64,000 bases of DNA, taken from contig JAQFVV010000005.1 in NCBI GenBank assembly GCA_028023455.1, forward strand, positions 17,050,001 to 17,114,000, written 5' to 3'. This DNA is from Epiperipatus broadwayi. Its lineage: Eukaryota > Animalia > Onychophora. The position numbers and the translations under genes were made by a program. Numbering within the stretch: position 1 is the first letter of the stretch; every line of letters begins with the position of its first letter. Below, piece after piece: positions 23,497 through 35,750 of this stretch. The notes beneath the pieces are model-generated. The model was not told the origin of the DNA. It saw only the letters and a program-made list of their open reading frames with translations, and ran no database searches.

Positions 23497-26400
23497 TGAA
23501 CCGCCTACTTTCTTTATTTTTATAATAATGTACTGGTCGAAAAATGTCTATCGATCCAACAAGACCTGGAATACAGGTAAAGCACCTCGAATCTGACCAC
23601 GTACAAGATATATATCAGGTACATCATGGATTCTGCCCTATTTACCTATATCCTCAAGTCAGAGATCTAATCAATAACTTTTCTCGATGATAACATCGAA
23701 TTCCTTTACTTTCACCATGCCAGAAGCTGAATTTTAAAGCATGAGATTCATTTTTAATTATATTTTAATGAGAACTTGGGTGATCGATTTATATATATAC
23801 TTAACATCAAAGATTATTTAAAATAAAAGTAAATGAAAAGATTCAAAGAACACTGGAAGTTTTGTTTTAGTTATATATATTTTAAACTCCTTAATTATTT
23901 TACACTGACATTCCTCTTTAAAAAAAAACATTCTTTACATTAATTTTATAATTAAATAGTAATTTTATCAGAGACCGTGTCCTGCATAACAAATTCACAT
24001 TAGCGGTTAACATTTCATTTATTTAATTTGCACAACTTTAGTTTTGTTTACATTTATTTTTAAAAAAAAAAAAAATTTTTTTTAATTAAATGACCATGGG
24101 TTCTAAATTCTCCGTCCACATTTAGTATAAAGTAATCATACATCAGTGCGTCTAAACATTTGACCAACTGATGTATATAAAGAATAAACATTTCTTCTTT
24201 ACAAAAAAGACTTAAAAAAAAACATTTTATATTAAAAACAGATATCAAAAGAGACAATTATAATAAGACTGATTCGAGGTCTTACTCCAATGATATAAGA
24301 AGAGAAAAAAAAAATTGATTTTATTTCTCCTTATAAATAATAATTTAGATCGCAAATAAAATACTGTTTTATTATGTTAGTGGACCTTGCTGGAATAGCT
24401 TAAACTAACTTCACAGATTAAAACTGTAAGCTGTTATATATAAAAAAAAATAGATCAGTTAATTATCAAGCAAACAAGCCGCTTTAGTTGGTCTTTCAAC
24501 TAAAATCATACTTTATAAAACTAAAACATGAATTAGCTAAAATTAAAAGATTTTAACTAATCACGAGATGACAAAAAAATAGGTTACTCAGGCCGAAGAT
24601 CTTTGAGTAGAATCCTTTCCCTATGGCTTACATATTAGATAGGCAAAATAAAAGCAAAACAATGGGTTAATAAAAATGCAAATGAAAGAAGAAACGTAGG
24701 TAGAGACATACGAGCTGGTTTACAGATGCTTGCATACCTATTCCAACGAAGAAAAGGGAAATCGGTATGTCCACCTGTTGCGATCATATCCCGAAAGGAG
24801 ATAGAAATTACGGAGAGCCAACATGTCTGCCTGTGCGGATAGCATGCCAGCAAACCAAATTCTACCTCAACCATGCTCTCCGGTCCATAGACGTATGCGT
24901 AACCGGAAGCCAACTCCGAACACCAAATGAATGACCATTTTAGGTCTATCCACACTACTCAGAGCATTTTTTATTAACCCGAGATATTATAATCATCATA
25001 TATGAACTAATCATAATTAAATGGCCTTAAATGATCTAATGCTGCATAGAGATCAACCTACGTAACCGACTACTTAATAAATATTTAACCAACAAAAACC
25101 AAACATAAAGAATAAGGAAATTTACTTCTCGAATAAATCCCCCCTTCCCACTTTCCTAACTTTAAAAAAAACAAACATGATAATTAACTGACGCTATCCA
25201 GCGGCGCGTTACTAGGTCAAAATCCATAGCATATTATTTTTGTTTCAAATGACAGAAATATAAAATAATAGAATCCCATTCTGGGAAATCTATAATAAAT
25301 TTATTTAAAGAATTACAGTAAGTTTATTTTGATACATATATTCGACATAACTTCACTTGCGAAAATAAAAATAGATCAACTTATTTTTATTTTAAAATTA
25401 ATTCATTCTTTACTAAAACTCCCTTCCCCTCGTGAACATAATTTGCTCTATTAGCAAACTACGCTCTTTGGGCCCCCGTGAGTGAAGTTTGTCAAAATAA
25501 AAAAAAGTCAAAGCATGAAATCTCATACTTTAATATACAAAAACAAATAAATATTTTCATGTTCAATAATCAACATATTAAAATTGTGGTGAGCTTGAAT
25601 TATTAAAAAAACTTTATAAATAATTTAAAAGAAAAAGGGTTAAAGAGTCAGTTAAAAGATTTCCAATAATTAAGTTTTGACATTTTTTTTAAGCTTACAA
25701 AATTGCATTTATACTCTAATAATAATTTTTAAAATGTTGACAACAGTATTTAAGCTCTATGGCATTTTACCTGAAGTTCCCCAGGACAAGTTCGCGGGCG
25801 AATGTTGATGGCCGGTGGCATTTGAAGGCAGGTTCTGGCAGCAGCATATCAGGTTTCAAATCTCTAAAGGGTATGGGTGGTGATTTTCACTTTTTACTAC
25901 TCGCTCAACATTTTAGCTGGCCGTTCTGAAACTTTCTCTTGTTTTTATTTTTCTTTTTTTTAAAAAAAGACCACTATTTATACCTTGCCTTAGTATTCGG
26001 ATAATCTGCTGCCTGAGGTGATTTTCCTTTTAGATTTTCTAGAACAATAGGAAATCATACTTTTGTTCTAATTTTAGAAAGTTTGTACCTCGATAAGGAT
26101 CAATAGATTTCAGTATAATTTTATGTTAGTTTTTAATTTAGATCACGATGCGGAATCTCAATTAATTAATAGAAATTCCAACATAATAGATTTTGGTAAT
26201 TTTTAAGTGTTTTAATTTAACCTTTACTTTAAACTTCTTATCGAGGTACAAATCTTCCAAAAAGTCCATCTTGGATTCTTAAAGAAAAAAATAAAACATT
26301 TTAAATATAAATATAAAAAAACATTAAAAAAAAATTCAAAACTTATTATTTGAATTTTTTTTTCTTTTAATAAATAAAATAACTTAGTGTTAGTATATGA

Positions 26401-28195
26401 TTAGTACTATCCAAAATAAATTTTAGCAATTTATTCAGGATAGTTGTGTTAAAAAAATGTTTTAAGAATAATAAAAAAATAAATGTTGAAAAATACATTT
26501 TTCTATATAGATGGGCTTTAATTAAACCATCTTAATAAGTGATTAGGTGGGTCAGACAATGAAACGGCAAATCTGAATCAGATTTACCATTTCTATAACA
26601 AATAGAAATATATTATTATTCTTCCTTCATTAACAAACTATCCAATTTCTGAAGATTTCTGGTCCTCAAAGTGAGTAATATCATTGGTGGCCAACTAAAC
26701 ACTTTATTTATTTTGAGGTAATACTTTAGACACCAATTAATCATGGAGTAATTAACGTTTACTCGACCAGCAATGAAACTAGTACCTGACATCCCAGCTA
26801 GCTCATAAAGTTGTAGCTGTCTTGAAAAAATCTCTGCCCACTCTAAAATTCTATTTTTAATAATATTTACTGTTTGAAAAAACATTGGGTTCATTCAAAG
26901 AAAATCTTTATTTTTTAAAAATACTCCCTATTCTTTTAGTTTTAACTTAATCACTTCTCAATAACAATTAAATCTTTCAATTCCCACTTTACTAAACATA
27001 TTACCTCATCATAAATGTGTATGTTCATCTGTCAATATAAATATTTCAATGACAGTTTAAATCTCGCTTTTTTTCTCTAAATAATCGTTTTGTTTTATAA
27101 TACAACCACGCACTCTTTTCATTTGAATAAATATTTTAATACATTATAAATAACTAAAAATATACAGAACATATTGAATTAAAATTCACACATACAATTA
27201 ATGATTCTGAATAAAAGTTGAACAATGGAGTCAATATAATTTATATCTTCAAGATACTAGTTCGTAAAGTTCAGTTTTTATTTATTTATTTATCACAGCT
27301 TAAAAATCAAGAATTAGAGAATAAGAAAATGAAACATTACCTAGAATTTGAATCTGACTTGATGTGAGCATGACAAAATGTAGTTTCTGTAGAATGTTTG
27401 TTCTAACCGGTTAGTGCTAAACTCCACGTAAATCTTTCCTAAATTTACAATGTTATGTGAGACTCGTGGATCTCGGCATGAACACTCCACTGTTCCTCCG
27501 ACTTCACTCGAACATGGTTTGTCCTTCGAACAATCTGCTGATGGTGCTGTAGAGAAGGCTTCAGACGGCTGCACGATATGATGAGTTTCAGCAATGCATC
27601 ATTTTGTCCAAATAATAACTTCTACAGTTTTCTTTTGATTCTAAATTTTTACTTTTACTAAACTTGATTAATTTTGAATGAATCTATGAATTTTGATTAT
27701 ATAAAATATTTTGAAATATTTTTAAAGAGTGAAAAAATGGAATACAGAAAAGGAACATCTTAACAATAACAAAGTTTTTTTTTTATCATCCAGCACTTAT
27801 CTCGCAAATTCATTGTACATTTAACTTTGCTCCGATTGGGCTTCTGTTTCTTTTCTTTATTCAAAATTTTTTATACATGCACACATTTAATCCTTTTATT
27901 ACAATACAAAATGAACTCCATCTTTTTTTAACTTTTATTACGAATTAATTAAAAGTAATATTAAATCATTTTTATTTCACTTTATTTTTTTTTTTAAAAA
28001 AAAAAAATCTTACCCTACTTTTAAAATCGTTTATTTTTTTTTCTTAAACAATAAACCCCCCTAACCTAATCTTTGTTTTTTAATTTTTTTTCTTCAACTT
28101 TTATTTTTTTCCATTTTACTTTTAAAGATGAAATTTACTAAATATTTTTACTCTTAAAAAATACTACACATTCGGTCACAATGTACCTCGGTACA
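23497..28195 (+). mobile_element. Heavily decayed, internally deleted Ty3/Gypsy-like element (RT-RNaseH-IN order)
   Basis: TG...CA termini with a 4-bp target duplication ATAT/GTAT. By-eye motif matches in Gypsy order: GRKMSIDPTRP, DHVQDIYQV, SFTFTMPEAEF (RT); SLSRI (RH end, ~24600); NDHFRSIHTTQSIFY*P (IN HHCC); TTVFKLYGILPEVPQD; PFRFSRTIGNHTFVL (GPF-like). Confidence 0.55.
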
Positions 28196-29709
28196 GTATA
28201 TTGGTGATTATTTATCTTTTCAACATGTGTGACCAGGTGAGTAGCAATATAAGATGACACAGAGTTGTAGGTAGTATGAAAGTCTGAGTTCGAATCCTGC
28301 ATATATTACATATATAAATGCAGGTATAAGCCTGTACAATGTATTAAAATAATTATGCAAAATATGCACTCAATTTGATTTAAACATGGATTTTAACTAT
28401 TCTTCACATTAATGCTTTTCGTATTTTTTTGTTAAATTGTTTTTTTTTTTTTTAATGTAGATTTTAAAATATGTTTTTGATTTAATAACCTAATTAATTT
28501 AATGATTAAACGATTATAATTCTTCATGTCGCAGCTCTAATACCACAGTACCATATTTCATTACAACAACTCTGCTTTTAAATTATTATTCTTGGCCATG
28601 TATACTATATTTAAATATAACATAGGTGCCAGTTTCTTTTCAGAGCACAATTCACTTTTCCCATCATTCAAGGATTATGATATTTGACAATTTTCAAACC
28701 ATTATAAAGTTATTATATAGTTTATATATATTTTTGACTCAACTAAATGACAATTATATCTAGTGCTCATGATTAAAAAAAAAATACTCATAAACACCTT
28801 ATTTTAAATACTGAAAATATATTATACATTCATCATCCATTTAATAAATATTTTTAATTATAATTAAATAATATTTATATAATAATTGGCTTTCTAATTG
28901 CTAATTTCTGAAAAGTAAACAATGAAAATAGTTATTTTTCAGAATAACATATAAAACAATTTTAGCTTAATTATTCAAGCTGTATTTTTTTAATCACCAT
29001 TTATTTCAAATAGCAATCATTCAATAAATATATAAATGATCATAAATCATGCATTATTGATAGCTAAACAGAAAATATACTAATGCTGTAAACCTGTTTA
29101 TTTCAAATTTTTATTTGTAACAATAAGTAAAAGTATATATTTCAAGAGAAAAATATATTTATTTTGCATTTGCATCAGGTACAGTATGTGTATCTAACTG
29201 GCAAAAAGCTTAATTCACTTAACAGTGATATTTACTTAATGTGGTCTGATGCTATTCCTTCATTAAAGCAAAATGTTACTGCAGTATATTTATTAGAACT
29301 TTACTTTTGTTTCCTCATATGCTGTGCATCTATGCAAATCATTTTTTAGCAATTCATTTCTATTTGAATAGTTTTCACATGCTGAATGAATGACTTGAAA
29401 TAAATATAATTACTATATATTTTTATGTACATATTCTATTCTGAAACGACCTCATTTGATACTTCTTACTTATGTGATTAACTTTTATTTAAAAATCCTA
29501 AATTATATTCTCTTTAATATAAATCATATTGTTCAAATTTATTTTAAGATTTTTTTTTTCATTACTTGATACTTTTTTGTCAATCACTGTTAATTAATTA
29601 ACAATTTTTAACTTCTAAATAGGTCAGACATTTATTAATTTTAAATAATTCATTCTTTTGCAATTTTTTCACCAATATACATAAAAAATAATAAATGAAT
29701 ACATATTAA

Positions 29710-29960
29710 AAATAGAATTGATGGTTGAAGAATTGGAGTGTGGAGTAGACTGAAGCCTGTCCATTAAAGTATGAGGATTGGCTATCTTAATATATATCTG
29801 AGCACTTATAGCATATGTGTAGAGATGGTAATCTGGACCAACTGATGATTGCTGGTTTAGCATGAGATACGTATATTGATGATTATTTATCTTTTCAATA
29901 TATATGTGAACAAGTGTATCAGTGTTGTGAGATAGTGTGAAAGTCTGTGCTCATATACCC
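29710..29960 (+). mobile_element. HHR family 1 element with an HHR at 29837-29880 (A14G variant)
   Basis: ACCAA-CTGATGA-TTGCT/GGTTT/AGCAT-GAGA-TACGTAT-A-TTGAT. Confidence 0.75.
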
Positions 29961-30169
29961 TATATATTATAGATATTTGTAAAATTACAAAATTTTCTGC
30001 ATATAGTTTCAATCATTAAACAAATAAATTTTCGCAAGTAAAAACTATTACAAAAACTTATATATAAATATTTGCCTGAAGGTTTATGATTATAGCATTT
30101 TAGTTGTTCTTACATGTTGGACTATTTTCATAATCTAATATTAAATACTAAATGTCGTTAGAAATTTTT

Positions 30170-30245
30170 TTTAGAATAGCTCAATTGGTTAGCATTATAT
30201 TAAAATTCAATATTCAAGAATCTAAAGATCGATTCCTATGCAAGT
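30170..30245 (+). mobile_element. Degenerate tRNA-derived SINE head
   Basis: TAGCTCAATTGGTTAGCA (A box) and GATCGATTCC (B-box-like). Confidence 0.45.
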
Positions 30246-30440
30246 ATTATCATTGATTAAGCCAGAAACATCTAAAAGGAGGAAAATAATATCAGTCAAA
30301 ATGTTGTACATATACTAACCTGTGTATTACTACTGTTAATTGTAATTGAAAAACTTAAAAAAAGATTAAATTTTTTTCTAAAGGCAACCAATATTTAATG
30401 TTAGATGATGGAAATAGTCCAACATATAAGTGCAAATACA

Positions 30441-30843
30441 AACCTTTATATACACTTAATAGAAGAGCAATACAGAGACTTCAGACCACTCAAAGAAGTA
30501 TGGAGCGATGCATGTTGGGAGTAACAAGAAGAGATCGAAAACGCAATGTATGGGTAAGAGAACAAACAGGTGTTACTGACCTCATTGAAAAAATTAAAAG
30601 ACTGAAGTGGAGTTGGGTTGGACCTATTGCTAGAAGAGATGATAATAGATGGACAATTGAAATTTTGAACTGGATTCCAAGAGATTGTAAAAGATCCAGA
30701 AAGAGACTATATGTGAGATGGATGGATGAAATAAGAAAGTGTGCAGGGGTGATGTGGAGAAGAAAAGCTAAAGATAGGAAAAGATGGATTGAACTTGGAG
30801 AGACCTTCATCCTGCAGTGGATTGATAATGGTTGCTGATGATG
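30441..30843 (+). mobile_element. 5'-truncated RTE LINE 3' end
   Basis: TQRSMERCMLGVTRRDRKRNVWVREQTGV..IEKIKRLKWSW...RWMDEI; TGATGATG tail; ACA duplication; empty site in the tandem partner at 31097-31115. Confidence 0.92.
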
Positions 30844-31180
30844 ACATATAAATACGGTCATGTAACTACATAATTCATTATAAAAGAGTTAAAGTTTATG
30901 AAAGTAGTTCAAAATACATTGATTAAGAGAGAAATATTTAAAAATAGGAGAATAATACCATTCAAACTATATATATATACTAACCTGTGTGTTACTACCA
31001 TTAAATGCAATTGGAAAATTAAAACAACAGTTAAATATTTTTCTAAAGACAACCAATATTTAATATTAGATGATGGAAATAATTCAGCATATAAGAGCAA
31101 ATACATATAAATATGTTCATGTAACTACATAATGCATTAAGTAATTCTAAATGATAATTAATTTTCTTTTCTTTAATTAT

Positions 31181-31418
31181 TGTAATTATTATACTCATTA
31201 TAATAGAATATTAAGTAAGGGTAATATTTAATATGCAAAACTTTTACATTGCACTATGCATGCTTTTGGAAGACCAGACAGAACTGTTAAACAAAACAAC
31301 ACTATGATTCTAGCAGTGGTCTGCCAAAAACAAGCTTAGTGCAATGTAAAAGTTTTGAATATTAAATATTACCTTTTCTTAATTAATACTCAATTATAAC
31401 CAGTGTATAATAATTACA
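31181..31418. repeat. MITE-like inverted repeat
   Basis: GGTAATATTTAATATGCAAAACTTTTACATTGCACTA / TAGTGCAATGTAAAAGTTTTGAATATTAAATATTACC. Confidence 0.8.
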
Positions 31419-32524
31419 TAATTCATTATAAAAGAATTCAAGTTCATGAAAGTAGTTTAAAACTGACATTTTATCTCGGTCTCATATATGCATGAAAATA
31501 ATACTGGTCATAAAATATGGTATGATGGATGAATATATCATTGATGAAAAAAAGTGAAATAAAAGGTCTTTTGATTACTTATTTTAAATGAGATCATTAA
31601 TCTTATGAGGACTTCTTTTAATGTTAAGAATGATGGACAGTTGTATTGAATTGTGGGTACTTTATATTGTTTTTGATAATAAGATTTTTTTTTTGAGATT
31701 AATTAGTTTAAGTTTCTCAAGATTATAATTGAGCCAATCAATATAAATTCTTCTTAAATATTGTTACTTTTATCAGCTGCATAGATTTAAGGACATGACT
31801 AGTTATACATTTGTATATGACTAATATATTATGCATAAAATTTAAGACATCAGTTTGGTTATAACACATTTCATAAAGATGTGATATTCGAAAATAAAGT
31901 GTATTTCAAAGATATCACAAAGTCCATAATCAGTGTTTTTTTACTTGTGAAAATTTGTAATTATAACTGAAAATAAATTTAAAAAATCATGTATTTTATT
32001 ATATAAATACAATGAAGGCAAATCTGCAGTGTTTTTAAATTTTTTTCACATATCAGCATACATTGGTAATGAATATCTCTGGTCTATATGTAATCTCCAC
32101 TGCAATTCTTTTGACTGCAACCTCTACAAGATTACTAAGCAATTAATTTCAAATCATTCTTTTGTGATCTTTCTCCAACATAAATATTATATATATAATA
32201 CAATGTCCGTTAATTAAAAGCTATCACTGTAAATCGCAAGATTTTGTGTAAGGTAATTTGTAAAGGAAATAGTGGACTTAAACAGTGAAGAAAACAACTA
32301 CTTCACGCTTCCAAATCAAGATGCTTCAGATTCGCCTAAATAAGTGGACATTTAGGTTAAAGATAGTCAGTCACTCTTATCTTTATAAAAGTCACTATCT
32401 TGGGTCGTGGTTTGGAAGATTCCCTCTATGGGCAAAATAAGCTTGATTATTGCGAATTTTAAAGCACATTGAGTACAGGCTTTAGCCTGTTTAAACTATT
32501 TTAAAAACTATTGTAATAACAAAA

Positions 32525-33066
32525 ATAATAAATATAATGGTAATAAACTATTATAAACAGTCTTTCAATCTGCAGAAGTACTTTCAGTTAATTCCTTAAC
32601 CTGCCTCAACTGCCATTAAATTCAAATAACAAAATGGAAGCAAACGTCATCAATTCGAATTTTAATATTAGCTGCTTGTCTATTAATTAAATTCATTTTA
32701 TTCCTATTTATAAAAATTGCCTCCTTAATTTTTCTTTTATTATGGTTTCTCTCTTCATGAATAATCTTCGCACTTGCCAAATATAAATTTAAGTTTGATA
32801 TTGAAAATGTGAAGATTCTTCATGAAGAATAGAAACCATAATAAAAGAAAAATTAAGGAAGGAATTTTTATAGACATGAGTAAAATGAATTTAATAGACA
32901 AGCTGCTAACATTAAAATTCAGGATTCATGGGATTTGAATTGATATTTGCTTCCATTTTGTTATTTGAATTTAATGGCAGTTGAGGCAGGTTAAGAAATT
33001 TACCGAAAGTACTTCTGCGGATTGAATGACTGTTTATAATAGTTTATTACTGTTATATTTATTATT
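32525..33066. repeat. Foldback element with ~245-bp arms
   Basis: TTAACCTGCCTCAACTGCCATTAAATTCAAATAACAAAATGGAAGCAAA / TTTGCTTCCATTTTGTTATTTGAATTTAATGGCAGTTGAGGCAGGTTAA; absent from block Y copy 1. Confidence 0.9.
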
Positions 33067-35750
33067 GTATATATATAAGGAGATAAAATAGATGCAAACT
33101 TTCTTAGGAAAATTAATTTGAATTTTAGCAGATTCAATTAAAAAAAATTTTTTAAAAATTAATTTGCTAATATTGTTAGATAATTATCTTGAATTAATTT
33201 GGATATTTATTTTAAAAAAAAGATAGATTAACTTAATGCTAGTGCTCAACTGAACATATAAATTCTTGAAAAATTAATTATCAAAATACTGAAATAGTTT
33301 TTAAAATCTGAACAAAGCTTCAATATAGCTGAAAGCATTTAAGACTCTCTAGTTTTGCAATATTATACTATGGTTTCATTTTATAGATGCATCTTTATAA
33401 TATAATGAACTCATTAAAGTTTCCAAACTATATATACTAGGATGCTGAAATAATGAAGAATAAGACAAAGGTATACTAGTCACAATATTGATACACCAAC
33501 TAACTGGAGAGAAAATATATCAAAAGTCTTAGAGTCCTTGAAAGATTATGATATAAAAGATTATGTGGCCATGTCGCATATATATATTTTCTCTCCAGAG
33601 GATACAATAAATGTTAATACTATAGTTCTATGTTAAATTAACAAGAGAGCATGCAAGCATGGCTCCAATAATCTTTATTATACTTTTCTTTCTTTTTTTT
33701 TTTACTATTTCCTTTCCCAATCCCCTCTCACTACAATCTGAATTCACTTGATCTATTTCAAAATAAAATACCTTCAAAATTAACCCAATCATTTACCAAT
33801 TGTATAATGATACTATTATTCAACACTATAATAATCTTTCCTGAGGAAATACGCAGTCACTAACCTACGACGATAATGGTCCAACTTTATTGTTGGGAAC
33901 CTGTCCAAAAGAGGTGAACATCTAGACATATTATATAAGGAGTGATAGAGCTTCACCCAAACCCTCTACCTTCTCTAATATTAAATATTTATCGTGATCA
34001 CTAAATGATGGCATAAGTACCTTGTGTTTGCTTATGTCTGTAGATTTTGCTTTGCCGTCCACTTATTTCAGCATAAGTGTCTTGTTTTCTTATAACCAGA
34101 ATTTATTCTTTAACCTACTTTTTATCTCATATGTACAATAATGAAACAAAAAAAAGGAATACATATAAAATCTTATCCCCTTCAAAATTATGTCAAAAAT
34201 AATGAATAAATTATTCAAAATAACCCCATACTCTATTGTTGAAACTTTTATAAATCTACAGTATTAATATACCCAAACACAACTGACTGAGTCTATGTTA
34301 GTATTTTGCTAATTACAGTAAAAAAGTTCACTTTAGAAACAGTTTATAATTACTCCTGGTTGGCTATCATTACATCAAATTTAACCAAAGGGTAAAGTCC
34401 AAGGGTTGACCTTTTTCCGTAGCTTCTTTTGCAAATCCTCCAGCTTCTGAACATGCCCTTGGCTAGCTTCGTACTTTTCCGGAGATGGAATTCACTCAGC
34501 AGACTCCAGGTGCCCGGGAGATAAGTCCTTGATCCTCCCTAGCTGGAGAACATTTTCATAGCGACGTACAATAATACTTTCAATAAAAAAATTTAATAAT
34601 CTCATCCTTGAACAAAGGCAGACTGTAATTTATACTTTTTTTCAATTCTCTTCCTCTTTCACTTTTAATTTATTTATTTTCTCGAATAGGATTCACACCT
34701 TTTTGGTTTATTTTTAACCAAATTTTGTCACTTCATCCTTTTATTTTTTCGGAATTTTTAATTTAAAAAAAGTTCTTGATTAATTAGCGAAATATACAAT
34801 GGAAAGATTCTTACAATACTTTTAATTACAAATCAGCATTTAGCTTGGGTTTCACCAATAGTTTAATTGTGATCCTTTCTAATTTTTCCCCCAACTCACC
34901 TTTTTCTAAGAATTTCACAGAAAAAAAACCTTTTAATAACAAAACTTATAATTCAAGACTAATTTATCTTGAATTATAATCAACTCAAATAAATTTAAAA
35001 AAAAAAATCAAACTCAAAAGTCTGATTTCTTAATGAGATTAAAAAACTAATAAATTAATAAGATAATACATTATAAAATTCTACTTCTCAACTAATAAAA
35101 TTAATATATATATTTACATATGAAATGGCAGAAAATACCATCCCAATATATATACACACATATGTGTATATTAAAAAATGGCACTGTCCATGAATTTCAG
35201 AATATGCATCACAGCTTGTTGCATATGCAGTATTATTGTAGGTTGTTTTTTAAAAAATAGAAAAATTATAAATTTAATATAATTAACAAAATACATCATT
35301 ATTTCAATTATTGTTTATTTTTTAATCAAAGCAAAACTTTCATATAAGTTGAAAGTATACTTTTAATTTCAAACATAATTAACCACTTTTTAACAGACTC
35401 CATTAACGTAAATGTTACTTTAAATAAGAGTTAAATTAATTTCAAAAGAAAGTAACATTGGAAGTAAACATCTTAATTAAAATGATACATATTATTTGAT
35501 GAATATCAGGCATTTTTAATTACAAAAAAATTATTTGCAAAAAACAGTACCTTGTAATCTTTAATATTATTCTTTAAGAAAATATACAGAAAATTTCTGA
35601 AGATTACAGTTCTGACATTTCTTTGGTATTTGCAAATAAAATATACCAATATTTTAAACATTCATTCTCGGATAACTGTTATATGTCAATATATGTATGC
35701 ATATATAACTTCCCACATTATAACAATTTAAGATTCTTTTAGACAATAAA

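Larger units (their letters stand above)
22978..28538. repeat. ~370-bp inverted repeat pair (22978-23350 / 28196-28538) enclosing a family 1 element and a Gypsy insertion
   Basis: AGAGCTGCGACATGAAGAATTATAATCGTTTAATCATTAAATTAATTAGG at 22978 is the exact reverse complement of the sequence ending at 28538. The outer ~165 bp are near-identical; the inner part is more diverged. Confidence 0.92.

Noticed and set aside
25820-25870. Minus-strand RDLKPDMLL resembling a kinase catalytic loop
   Set aside because: No DFG or other kinase motifs, and the plus strand here fits the integrase remnant.
22978-28538. Polinton/Maverick, suggested by AG...CT termini and long inverted repeats
   Set aside because: No 6-bp TSD (AATTGA vs AATACC), too short, and no pPolB, ATPase or capsid motifs.
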